64,000 nt of DNA from Tubiluchus corallicola (taxonomy: Eukaryota; Animalia; Priapulida). The stretch spans positions 124,001 to 188,000 of the forward strand of contig JAQGDQ010000029.1 in assembly GCA_030141605.1 (NCBI GenBank), written 5' to 3'. Below the pieces are notes generated by a model that saw only the letters and a program-made list of their open reading frames with translations, had not been told where the DNA came from and made no database searches. A program made the position numbers and the translations under genes. Positions 1-10,305 of this stretch are shown in pieces. Each line of letters begins with the position of its first letter. Positions within the stretch are counted from its first letter, which is position 1.

Positions 1-408
1 TCGGGAGATTCGCTTCTAAATGGGATATCCATCATATAGTGGTGGTCTTCAGTCAGTGTTGCGGATCGTTCCCAGATGTTAACAGTTCTTACATCTTCGA
101 CAGAAGGTTTATGGCTGTTATCTTCACAAGATTCTAGCTGCCAGAATCGCTCTACTTGTTGCTCCAGTGTTACAGGCTGCAAAATGCTAAGGTTACAACT
201 GATATGCTCGGCTTCAGTTGGTCCAAGTGGTCCATTTAGGGTCCAACCCAAGACACTGAGCGATGCCCAAGGAGCATGTTTAGGTCCTTTTGAGAGCGAG
301 AGCTTCAGGCACATCTTGCCCTATGAGAAGGCCAAGTTCCAGAGACTGAGATCTGTCCTGGGCAACATAGACGTCAATGCCTTGTAAGTGTGGCCAAGAG
401 CTCAAGTT

Positions 409-2526
409 CTAATAAACAGGTAAATGCTCCATCTCTAACATAAGGGATGGTCTTGTAAAGACAAGAGGGAGATCTATGGTGACATTGTAGCTTGGATCAG
501 ACACTTGTAGTTTAGTGACTTTACTCTTCTTCTGGCTCTGTTTAGCATCAAGCGTTGTCAAAATTAATGTTTCTTCTCTGCCCTGAGCACCTAACTTTTC
601 ATATATTTGGCTAGAGCAGAATGTATTTGTCGAACCAGGGTCAAGACGTGCTAGTGTCTTTAATGGTTTACCACCTGGTATGTTAACAAATACTGGCAAG
701 ATAGGCAAAGCTACATGGCACTTAGAAGGCTCATGCGTCTTCTTTATGTAACCACTTTGGCAATTGTGCTCACTATCTTCTTCTTTTAGTTTCTCGTTAT
801 CTTCTTCATTATTCTTCTTTTCTTTTTCTTCTCCACTATACGGCCTGCTGTTGGGTTTGTGTGCAGCAGCAGCAGTGCTAATATTTCCTCGCATATTCTG
901 AGCATGCAAGAAAGTGGAATGTTTTCTCTTGCAAACATCACAGCGATTGGCTGACCTACATGATGCACTACTGTGGTTAGGCTTCAGGCAATTAAAACAT
1001 AGTTTGTGTTGCTTGGCTACCTCTAGCCTTCCAGGTACAGTTAGCCTGTTGAACTTGAAGCATTTCTGAAGCGGATGTGCTTCAGAACACAGGGTACATG
1101 AAAGTGAAGTCTTCTCTTCAGATTTGTCAGGTTCACGTGTATGTGAACTAGCAAATGTTCCAGAACTAGCAAAAATGTTTACAGAATTAGACTTTGGTTT
1201 AGGCTTATAGGTGTCCTTCCTCTCGGATGGTTTCCTATGAAACGTGGGATCATTTTCAATCTGTGCCTGTGTTTCTATGAAAGTGACAACATCAAAGATG
1301 TCTGGATTTCTCCCAGAAGATTTAATATTATGAACCTCTTTCCTCCAGTGAGAATGAATGCCAATGGGCAATTTGTCAACGATTTGTACGAGATTTCCTT
1401 GAGCATTAATCTCGGACAAATAACCTAAACTTGACAGAGTTTCATAACAAGCACGCAACAAGTCTGCATATTCCTGTAATGTCTGATATTCCGCAGCCTT
1501 AATGGGTTTGAAATCCGAAATCTGTTTGATCCATGCTTGAGTGATATTAAATTCATTTCCAAACTGCTGCTTTAGCATGCGCTTTGCTTTTGTGTAACCT
1601 ACAACTGGGTCCATTGTCACACAGCAGTCAATATAACGTTTTACTTTGTCACTGCAAAACTGAAGAAGGAGTGTTAATCTGGCAACGTTGTCAGTTGTGT
1701 AATTCTCAACCGTTGTTTCAAACTGTTTAATGAAGCGACAATACTGCAACGGGCTGCCATCGAATTTCTCTATCTCGATACCAGGCAATGGACAACCATA
1801 AAACTGGTAAGGGGGTTGTACTGCTGGCAGAGGACTGCCTTTGATTTCAGGTTGCTTGACACGTAAAGGTGCCTGAAAGGAACTGCTTCCTGGTTGCTCT
1901 GGCTGAAAGGCACTGCTTCCTGGTTGCTCTGCCTGCAAGGAACTGCATCCTGGTTGCTCTTGGCAATAATTTGCTACCCAGTCTCTCGTTTGCTCTCTTT
2001 TGTCAACAAAGGAAACGACCTCGGAAGAACGTGGACTACCGGCTTCAAACTGAGCAAAGACAGTTGCCTCAGCGTCTGCTTGCTTTATTTCAGTAGCTAT
2101 CTTCAACTGTTCTTGTTGCAAAACTAACTTTTGCTTTTCTTGTTCGAGCTGCATTTCATTTAACTGCAATTTTGCCTTTTCTGCAAGTGCTTGTTGCTTA
2201 ATCATAAGAGCAGCCTTTTTCGGTTCAGCTGACATTCTTTGTGCTGTTGCCGAAACAGTGGTTGATTTTGAACTACGTGAATGAGGAGACTTGTGACTTT
2301 TGTGCGTTCTGTGGCTTCTTAGTTCGCCTAAGCTTTCCTCTTTGTCCTCACTGTCAGGTATAGCGGCAGGTGTTAGCTGCGTTTCATCATCAGTTGAGCT
2401 GGAAGCTGCGCCTTCGCACTGCAACAGCCTATCAATTAATTCCTGCTTCCGACCGCTAACAGGTAAACATTTGTCCTTAAGCATTCGCTGTAACTGAGGG
2501 ACAGTTTTCTTACCTAAATCAGACAT
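409..2526 (-). CDS. gag: BEL/Pao Gag-protease with N-terminal SAP domain (705 aa, ends in a premature stop)
   Basis: SAP-like TVPQLQRMLKDKCLPVSGRKQELIDRLL, then a coiled coil and a DUF1759-like capsid region (IEKFDGSPLQYCRFIKQF...LVQIVDKLP). Three Cys/His knuckles (CTLCSEAHPLQKC, CFNCLKPNHSSASC, CDVCKRKHSTFLH) and aspartic protease motif LDPGS. Confidence 0.88.
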   Translation of the reverse strand: MSDLGKKTVPQLQRMLKDKCLPVSGRKQELIDRLLQCEGAASSSTDDETQLTPAAIPDSEDKEESLGELRSHRTHKSHKSPHSRSSKSTTVSATAQRMSAEPKKAALMIKQQALAEKAKLQLNEMQLEQEKQKLVLQQEQLKIATEIKQADAEATVFAQFEAGSPRSSEVVSFVDKREQTRDWVANYCQEQPGCSSLQAEQPGSSAFQPEQPGSSSFQAPLRVKQPEIKGSPLPAVQPPYQFYGCPLPGIEIEKFDGSPLQYCRFIKQFETTVENYTTDNVARLTLLLQFCSDKVKRYIDCCVTMDPVVGYTKAKRMLKQQFGNEFNITQAWIKQISDFKPIKAAEYQTLQEYADLLRACYETLSSLGYLSEINAQGNLVQIVDKLPIGIHSHWRKEVHNIKSSGRNPDIFDVVTFIETQAQIENDPTFHRKPSERKDTYKPKPKSNSVNIFASSGTFASSHTREPDKSEEKTSLSCTLCSEAHPLQKCFKFNRLTVPGRLEVAKQHKLCFNCLKPNHSSASCRSANRCDVCKRKHSTFLHAQNMRGNISTAAAAHKPNSRPYSGEEKEKKNNEEDNEKLKEEDSEHNCQSGYIKKTHEPSKCHVALPILPVFVNIPGGKPLKTLARLDPGSTNTFCSSQIYEKLGAQGREETLILTTLDAKQSQKKSKVTKLQVSDPSYNVTIDLPLVFTRPSLMLEMEHLPVY
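1869..1960 (-). repeat. Three 30-bp coding tandem repeats in Gag
   Basis: Encode EQPGCSSLQA / EQPGSSAFQP / EQPGSSSFQA. Confidence 0.85.
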
Positions 2527-3178
2527 GCTTCAAAATACAGCAAAGTACAATTCAGTAAAATAATACAAGTAGCTAAGTAGATAAACTAGTGAAATAGGCA
2601 TAAAAATCCATGTAGTCAAATAGTGACGATAACATATGGTCTAATTCTTTATGCACCGCACAGTACTACTAGTATTTAGGCAATTAGGTAAACTGTACAA
2701 CAAATCAAAGCATTATCTGACAGTGTAGAAATTCACCTTATTCTCTACACTAACATATTGAAATAATACCAAGTCGAAAATAAAATGTAATCTTAATTGG
2801 TATGGCTGTGAATATTTCAAAACTTTAATACTATTAAACCTTCAATACTTCAGTACTAAACAGCCCAAGCGAATCTTACAAGTCTTAATGACTTAATAAC
2901 TATATGCGCAAAATTAACGCAATAATTTTATGCAGTAGGTTAGTATTTCAGGTCAGTTCACCACACTGATACAGTTCTTAAAAGTCTTGGCAATGGGCAA
3001 TTCACATAATACAGGCCTGAGAAGCGTAGACGCATTTCCTGTCCTACTTCCGGCATGCAGTTATACACCTGTGCTGTAGGCTTCCTGACCTTGATCAACT
3101 TGGGCGGCTCGATGGCATGAAACCTCAGGTGGTTATGGCTGACGTTGAATTATCTCCAATATAGCCTTGATAAATAAA

Positions 3179-3574
3179 TGTGACGGGAACACAAAGAATT
3201 TCGTTCATGGCATAGTGTGTCTCAGAAATCTTTATTTCTGTATATACAAAAAATGAAAATAATAAATTTGACAGCTTCTCACTGCATACAAATGTATAAT
3301 AAATTGATTATTATAATTTAAGATATTAAAGTAAATGTTACTTACATCGTGCGGCTATAAAAAACTTAATAGATTCTTGAAACGTCATACAGGTTAACGG
3401 CAAATCAGGTAGAGACACTATACTTAAACATTATCAAACATTACTTAACATTTGCTGAGCCTTGTGTCAGCGTGTTTAGCGAGGCACCCAATTTACCACC
3501 TCACAGGTAAAAATTACAGGTAAGTTCCATAGGTGCTGCCACCTACATGTTCAGGCCAGAAACTGACCTTAACA
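3179..3574 (-). repeat. Candidate 5' LTR of BEL-1
   Basis: On the minus strand it starts TGTTAAGG and ends ...CCCGTCACA, with AATAAA near its 3' end. It lies upstream of gag and abuts the PolB remnant. The partner LTR is outside the window and no clear PBS was found. Confidence 0.45.
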
Positions 3575-3589
3575 GGTCGTGACCTTAAG

Positions 3590-6500
3590 ATTTAGGTTGT
3601 CTTGACTGCCACCATAGAACGCTTTTTGGAGGATGCTAGCCGAGACGACCGTGTCGAGAGGAAAAGGAATTCGTACTTTAATTCTGGCTTTCACGATTTT
3701 CTGGAAGGCAACTGGTATTACGAAGCCAAGAGTACCATTGTGGAAAATTTACAAGCTTATTCACAGAATGGTTCTGGCTTTGTAATATCGGGCTTTCCAT
3801 TTATCGAAGTCCAGATGGCGAGTTACGAATGTCCTTCGCCCCTGCATGCGAGGAAGATGGCGGCTGTTTCAAATATGCCATCTTAGGAGCAATGTATACA
3901 CATTAATTAACAGATTGGACTCTTTTGCGCATCATTTGAATTAGAGTGGGATCAAGTTTCCGGCTAGGCCGATCCCTGCTGCCAAAATTTTCGAAAAGAA
4001 TAACCCAGATTATTGTCTAAACATTTTCTCATATTCGGCTAAATATGCTAAAAAAGCGGATTAGATGTCTACCCAATACTCCGTTAAGAGTAGCCACTGC
4101 TGACTGCCAATTTATCAACATTTTACTGTATAACCCGCTGCGCTTCTCACAGGCAGATTATGCACAATGCCACTACCTCACCATAACCAACCTCAACCGC
4201 CTCCTAAACACCGACTCTACCCGCAACCGCCAGTATTGCGAAAGCTGTTTGCAACCATTTTACGGTCACGGTATCCCACTGCAAGATCACAGAAAAGAAT
4301 GCTATAGCGCTGACACGTTCAAGAAAAATTGCCACGTCCTTTCAAACTCTCCTTTCAAAACATTCGGAAACATATTTCTCCCAGCTATGTCGCATATTGC
4401 AACTTTGAAGCCATTCTCCTGCCAAACGACGACCCTCTTTTGAAAACCAAGCACCAACCTTTTGCGGCCGGTCTATATCTTGTTCCTAACCAGAATATGG
4501 CGGCCTATCCACTTCCCTGTGAATATAGAGAATTTGTTGGTGATGACTGCATTAGCCAACTATTGCTCTACATTCACGATTTGGCACAACGCGTCCATCA
4601 GTGGAACATGGCAAATGCCAACCAGCGCCTGGTCATGTCACCCAAGGAAGAGGCGAGTTTCCGGGCGTCTAGCAAATGTGGCTATTGCAAAAAAACTCCT
4701 TTTGCTCGACGACAAGGTGCGCGACCATTGTCACCTGTCTGGAAAATTTCGATGCAGGGCTTGCATTTCTGGTAACACCAAAATGCGCGCATATGACGAC
4801 GCGGTCATTCACAACTTTCAGTCATACGATTCACATTTCATAATGCAACACGGAATTGTCGAAAATTCGAAAACTAGTGTAATTGCACAAACTTCTGAAA
4901 AATATCTGACACTGAGATGGTCGTTTGATGCTCGTGCACGGAGAGCAAACGGAAAGGCAGGCGATAACCGTGATTTTTTAAGATTCGCTGCAACACCTTA
5001 ATTCCAGCTTGGCCGAGCTCATTATACATCAATACCCCCTTTTTTCTAACGATACTGTCATATTTAAGGCTATTATGTGTTATGAGTACGTAAATGACAC
5101 ATCTAAATTAGAGGAGGACTGTCTCCCTGCAAAAGAGCATTTTTTAGCTCTTTGATGGGAGAAGGCGTCACTGAAGCAGAGTACGAAATGGCTTGCACCG
5201 CTTGGCACGAGTTCAAATGTCGTACTCTGCTTCAGTGCTACCTCCGTTACCTGGAGTTGCAATTTCAGGCAGCTGGCCGATCCAGATAGTTTAGATCCGA
5301 GCTCCGTGGATGAGGGTGGCAACGTCGGATATTTCGTGATCTGCGATCTGAAATATCCAGCGGAAATCGACGATTCCCCGTTGGCACCCGAGCGCATGAC
5401 ACCTCAGACCGCGCTGTTTTCAGAGTTAATGAAACGCCAATGGCAGCGGATTTGCGAATTGCGAAATTTGCCCACACCCATCTTTAAAAGCAGCGAGAAA
5501 TTGTTGCTCACCCAATTTTCGAAAACCAAGTACGGGGTGCACATTTCTTTGCTGAAATTTTATCTAGAAAATGGGCATGGACATCACTAAAATTCGCTCG
5601 TTTTGACAAGCGCCCATTTTTAGTGCTTTCATTTTTGCCAACGGCTTGAAGACAGCAGGCGAAAAATGCCTTCGAAAAAGATCTCTTCAAGATGTTTAAT
5701 AACAGCTTGTATCTTTGACGAGTGCCTGAGTGCTTACAAGATGCGCAAGACGAACGTTTTCTTGGTTAGGCCAATTTACATAGGTCAAGCCGTGCTCGAC
5801 CTAACTAAATTGATCATGTATCGTTTGCGATAGAAGACGTTTAGCACTGGCGAAATGAGGAGACAGGCTCCCCAGACCGAGGTGCGCATTGCCGGAAACT
5901 ATACCTATTCGTTCTTCTTGGTGGTGAAGAAGCTGAGCATGCCGAAGACGCTAATACCGCATTTCCTGGCGAAAGGAGATGTGATGGACACCTCCAATTA
6001 TCCAGTGACTCACCCCTTCTTTCGCCAGGGAAATCGTGCACGTTTGGGTTGCTTCAAGGACGAATCGCAGGGCGCGGTGCATTGTCAGTGGATCTTGTTA
6101 AAAGCTAAATTGTATAGCATGACATGCGACGACGCTCCACAGAGTAAACGCCGCGCTAAAGGCGTAGATAGGCAAGTTGTTAGTCACGAAATAAGTCATC
6201 AGGATTTCTTGTGCACATATCGCGATCAAGAGGAAATGACGCACACGAGTATTAGGTTTACTTCTGTGCGTCACCATGTGTTCACCAGGTATGCGCACAA
6301 GAGATCCTTGTCTTTTTTCGACGACAAGAGGTGTTGGGTGGAGCAAAACGCTTCTTTACCTTTCGGACACTATAGCCTAAATCAAGAAAAACCTCAGCCA
6401 CCCATGCCGCAACCACCTGTCGAGCTTCATCCGCATCACGGACCCGCAGACGATGCAGCGAGGTGCGGTACCGATGTCAACATTGGCGATGATGATGATT

Positions 6501-6708
6501 ATGATGATGTTGGTGATGATGGAGAGAATGACACCACGATGGCGATATCGTTGTCGCCGATGTCGCTATTGAAGATGATTATGTTGATGATGATGATTAT
6601 GATGATGATGGTGATCTTGACGTCGGTAACGCATCGTCTGACGACAGTCGCGATGATGGCGACATCGTGCTATCGTCAAATTCCGGCAAGCACATCAAGC
6701 TCTCGTAA
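3590..6708 (+). pseudogene. polB: Protein-primed family-B DNA polymerase (pPolB), frameshifted
   Basis: Motifs occur in order across frames: YFNSG..NGSGF, GIKFP..FEKNN (vOTU-like region), HYLTITNLNRL..CESCL, YCNFEAIL (ExoI), DKVRDHCHLSGKFR (HNH/EndoVII-like insert), HNFQSYDSHF (ExoII), DLKYP..PLAPE, FEKDLFKMFNNSLY (motif B), PIYIGQAVLDL, DTSNYP, GCFKDE, KRRAKGV, LSFFDDKR, LPFGHY. Confidence 0.92.
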
Positions 6709-6979
6709 ATCTATGCCGTTGCTGCCATTGATGTGTGTATACATTCATTTACAAAATTCCACGCAACTCCGAGTTCATTTGAAAGTTTGACACTAGATGA
6801 CGCTAGCAAAAAGTAATTATTCAAATATCCTTCTATTCTACTTAATGCAGACATACCGTCCATTTGCTTAATGCAGACAGACCGTCCATTCGCTTTGTAC
6901 GACTTTATAAATGTGTAAATGAAACTTTTTTAAAAAAACAGAGTACAAATGCGCACTTTTGAGGGCGGCTCCATCCCAC

Positions 6980-7247
6980 CCTAACCCTAGTTGACGAGAC
7001 TAGTTGCTAAGCCTAACCCTAACCCTAACCCTAGCTTTCAACCCTAGTTGACAAGACTAGCTCTCGAGCCTAGCTTCCATGTCTAACAAGCCTAGTTCCT
7101 AAGACTAACCCTAATCCTAACCCTAGCTTCCATCCCCAGCCCTCGAGCCTGACCCTAACCCTGGTTGACGACCCTAGCTTCCGAGCCTAGCTTCCACTTC
7201 TAGTTGCTAACACTAGTCAACGAACCTTACCCTAACCCAACCCTAGC
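6980..7247 (+). repeat. Interstitial telomere-like (CCCTAA)n / CCTAG mosaic repeat cluster
   Basis: Runs such as cctaaccctaaccctaaccctag are interspersed with ctagttg / ctagcttcc / ctcgagcct units. Confidence 0.85.
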
Positions 7248-7811
7248 TTTATGGGAAACTCGTTGCAAAACGCGACGTAGTTTTGAGCATGCGCGGTTGG
7301 TCTAAGTTCGGGTCTCCATCTCAAGTAAAGGATTTTGCAATTCTGCAATACGTGCACGATAAAGCCTTCAATCGATCGAGGCATCAATAGAAATAGTTCT
7401 CCAAAATTTATCATTCGAGTACAAATGAATACCACATTCGATAACACGTTTCTACAAATATTAAATTCTACACGTTCGATTATGCATTTCTACATTCTAA
7501 TACAAAATGATCATTAAAATTCTACACATTTCCTGGGGCAATTATATATACGTCATTCTGCATCATTCGTCTATGGGACACGAAATAATTAATTCTACAG
7601 TTACGTGCGACATTAGTTAAACAGACGAGCAAATGTCATTTTTCTCGCATGCAAAATTTAACAAAAGTGTTTTATTTATTTATGTTTTAACGATCGGCGT
7701 GCAAATGGAATGTTCGTTCCTCCTCCTTCTTCCCCTCCCACCCTCTCCTTCTCCCGGGGGTCCCGTCACCACCGTCACAGTCGCTCTCGCCACCGCCGCC
7801 TGTCGTGGCAC

Positions 7812-8200
7812 TACGAAGTCACTTCATTAGCAACACTTCTCTGTTTAGAAAAAGCGGTTGAAAATTGCACACCAGCGGCTCTAGCGACGAGTAACACGGG
7901 CGTCTGCGCAAAACCAGAGCGCATACGCAGGCAGGATGGGCAACTGGAAGGCTTCCGTGTTGAAAGTCCAATTGCAACCGCATTTTCGGTTTAGAAAGCT
8001 TCTGATCCTATAGGTGGGAGCCAGTCCGTCCGAATCGAAGTATTCTCCGCGTCCCGAGGTGCTCACGTACAGCGCCACCCAGGGAGCGCCCGGCAAATTG
8101 CCCGGTTGAGTGTTCACCACGAAACTGGCGGGCAGTCTCCATTCCTCGCGCTGCAAACCGCCCTGTATCTGCGTGTTTCCCAAAGTCACATCGCCATCCA
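7812..8200 (-). pseudogene. Adenain-like cysteine protease (Polinton PRO)
   Basis: PASFVVNTQPGNLPGAPWVALYVSTSGRGEYFDSDGLAP matches the family pattern IVNTD....PG.HWVA.Y.....EYFDS.G..P. The catalytic His is replaced by Pro and the C-terminal Cys motif is degraded. Confidence 0.85.
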
Positions 8201-8219
8201 AAAACATGGAAATGGCCGG

Positions 8220-8445
8220 CAAATTTACCGGAAACCGGTTCTCCCTCGGCGGTCGTCATGCACAGGTCCAACACCAGCAAGGCGTTGTCGCAGTCGAGAT
8301 ATTCGTCCGAACTGCCCACCACGGGGCTGGTCACGTTCTCCGTGTACGTGTTGATGGGGTGAAAATCCACTTACTGTCCTTCGGAAATGGCCACTTAGGT
8401 GGGCATCTCGGTGAACAGATCCAGCTCGCTCTTGGCCGCCAGCAT
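8220..8445 (-). pseudogene. Major capsid protein (double jelly-roll, Polinton PY/hexon), N-terminal ~75 aa only
   Basis: MLAAKSELDLFTEMPT*VAISEGQ*VDFHPIN...VVGSSDEYLDCDNALLVL matches the KSELDLF..P.TQ..I..G.WV..HP MCP start. It has two in-frame stops and joins directly to the protease. Confidence 0.8.
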
Positions 8446-8455
8446 TTCCGTACTC

Positions 8456-8866
8456 TCACCAGAAAATGTCGACTCTCTTCTTCTTTGTCTTTTTCTTTCC
8501 CGCAGTTCTTCTTTTCCTCCTTGCGACAATCCTCCTGCCGGCACCCGTCAGCTTTCTCGCCGCCCTTCGAGGCGGTGCGCTCTTGCTCCGTTTGCACCTC
8601 TTGGCGCCTGCCATGCTTTTGCTTATCTCCTGCACCAGGGTGTCTTTCAGACTTCCAGTGGCTCGCTTGGCGCCGGTCTTGGCCGCCTCTCTCACAGTGC
8701 ACAGGGCCAGGCGACCGGCCGGTTTGGCAACAGTGGCGATTTTTCGCATCACCGGTATGGCGTAATGTGCCAAGAGCTCGAATAGACCGCTGCCGCTCTG
8801 TAGGCTTGCCCCGCCTCCTTGAGGTCTGCTGTAGTACACGTAATACGGATTGCCTCCGGCCACCAT
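8456..8866 (-). CDS. Small basic Polinton/adintovirus virion core or membrane-active protein (136 aa, open)
   Basis: YY..PQGGG...QSGSGL, an amphipathic segment, and a K/R-rich tail ending DIFW. It sits between penton and MCP, the usual position of this small gene. Confidence 0.7.
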   Translation of the reverse strand: MVAGGNPYYVYYSRPQGGGASLQSGSGLFELLAHYAIPVMRKIATVAKPAGRLALCTVREAAKTGAKRATGSLKDTLVQEISKSMAGAKRCKRSKSAPPRRAARKLTGAGRRIVARRKRRTAGKKKTKKKRVDIFW

Positions 8867-8910
8867 CCTTGCGCTTTCGTGCGCCAGGTGCGGCCGCTTT
8901 TGCTTATTAG

Positions 8911-9600
8911 CTACAGCGACGGTCTAAAGTGGAGATTCAATAGCATGTGACCCCAGCAGAACTTCACTCTTCTGCCCGTGTCGTCGCACACATAGACTTC
9001 CACGCTCTTGATGCAACTCCTGTTGACCTTGCAATAGTAGATGCGCAGAAATTCGTGCGTCACGGTGTCTCCATATTCTCTCTCGATGGTGACGGTGTGC
9101 AGGAGAGGGACCAAAGTGTGGCCCACGGACGAATGTTCTATGCAATCCAGATATATGAACAGGGTCTGTTGACCGCGATCCACCTTGCAGGGGTGGGGCG
9201 ACTCGTATTTGCCTCGCGTCAGCACCTCTTCCCCCGCATTCCAGAAGTCCATCATGTCCGTGATCAGCTTGCGCAAGACTAGAGTGGAAGGTTCTCCCTG
9301 TACCTTCAAGTGAGAGTGTCTGGAGATGGGATGAAAACTCACGTCAAAAAATTTTCTGGGCAACTGTTCACGCACGTAGCACATCAACTGTTCGACGTCG
9401 GTGTAGTGACCGTTGGGCAGCTCTATGTACTTGTAACTCTTGGAGTGCGAGAGAAAATCGCTCGCCACGGGCTGCCTGACTATCTGGTCGTGGGTCATGA
9501 AGGCCACGGAAGCATTGCTCTCGTAGTTGTAAAAGGAGCGAGGAAAGACTATTTCTGTCATACCCATTTCCCACTCTCCCTTCAGTTCCAGCGCGTCAAG
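8911..9600 (-). CDS. Minor capsid protein (penton, Polinton PX), lacking its N-terminus
   Basis: LELKGEWEMGMTEIVFPRSFYN ... LFIYLDCIEHSSVGHTLVPLLHTV ... YYCKVNRSCIKSVEVYVCDDTGRRVKF...LNLHFRP. The upstream part of ORF 8911-9999 is read-through from other sequence. Confidence 0.85.
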   Translation of the reverse strand, partial: LDALELKGEWEMGMTEIVFPRSFYNYESNASVAFMTHDQIVRQPVASDFLSHSKSYKYIELPNGHYTDVEQLMCYVREQLPRKFFDVSFHPISRHSHLKVQGEPSTLVLRKLITDMMDFWNAGEEVLTRGKYESPHPCKVDRGQQTLFIYLDCIEHSSVGHTLVPLLHTVTIEREYGDTVTHEFLRIYYCKVNRSCIKSVEVYVCDDTGRRVKFCWGHMLLNLHFRPSL

Positions 9601-9609
9601 CAGTACTTG

Positions 9610-9780
9610 TACTGGTAATCGATTCTGCGTGTCAACGTCCAGCAGGTGGGGTATCCTAGCCGTCTGGTGCCCCTGTGAAGGGTGTAAGTGGGCTGGGTGC
9701 TCAACCACTCGCGCACCCCGTGCCCCGAGTGACCGTTGGCGCACTCGAAGCACGCACGCTTCCGTAGCTGGCTGGATGGC
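9610..9780 (-). pseudogene. N-terminus of Polinton retroviral-type integrase
   Basis: Reading alternative frames gives HPASYGSV... then VREWLSTQPTYTLHRGTRRLGYPTCWTLTRRIDYQ, matching the Maverick integrase start (P.SY.....V.EWL..Q..YTLH...R.......ID.QW). The catalytic core is deleted. Confidence 0.75.
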
Positions 9781-9965
9781 CATCTCCAACCTCGCCCATC
9801 GGTTCGATCGAGTCCGTCGCCGTTGTTGTCGCTTTCGCACGAGAGCGGATTCCGGATTCACGTCATTGATTCCGGAGAGCGAGTTCCAGATGTGCCAGCA
9901 TGCCGGGGGCATGTCCCAACAGTCCCAACCTGTAAATGGTGAAGATGATGATGACAACTTCCAAA

Positions 9966-10086
9966 CCCTCAAGCCTAACATCATTCCAATAATGTTCAAC
10001 CCTAACTCGAACCCTCGAGCCTAACCCTAACCCTATCTCAAACCCTAACAATAACGATCATCTCTAGCCATCTATCTATCTATCTT

Positions 10087-10163
<77 letters not shown>

Positions 10164-10235
10164 ATTTCTATCTATCTATCTCTAGCTGCTAACCCTAACC
10201 CTAACCCCATCCCTAATTTATCCACGAACATCTCG

Positions 10236-10305
<70 letters not shown>

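Larger units (their letters stand above)
1..3574 (-). mobile_element. BEL/Pao LTR retrotransposon (BEL-1), 5' part, runs off the left window edge; defective
   Basis: Gag-protease ORF 409-2526. After a premature TAG the pol continues with a frameshift (WPHLQGI...LLIGQDVPEAL / LGWTLNGP...VERFWQLE...HYMMDIPF), typical BEL/Pao motifs. Candidate LTR at 3179-3574. Confidence 0.85.

Noticed and set aside
1869-1960. CRISPR-like array
   Set aside because: Contiguous in-frame coding repeats with no spacers, in a eukaryotic retrotransposon with no cas genes.
6980-7247. True chromosome end or telomere fusion site
   Set aside because: The repeats are short, degenerate, in one orientation and embedded between viral genes, with no head-to-head arrangement.
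8110-9618. Plus-strand ORFs (266, 128, 111 and 102 aa)
   Set aside because: Antisense shadows of GC-rich viral genes with no recognisable motifs.
9600-9999. N-terminal 130 aa of the 362-aa ORF as a genuine penton extension
   Set aside because: It is an off-frame reading of the integrase remnant and adjacent repeat, created by a deletion.
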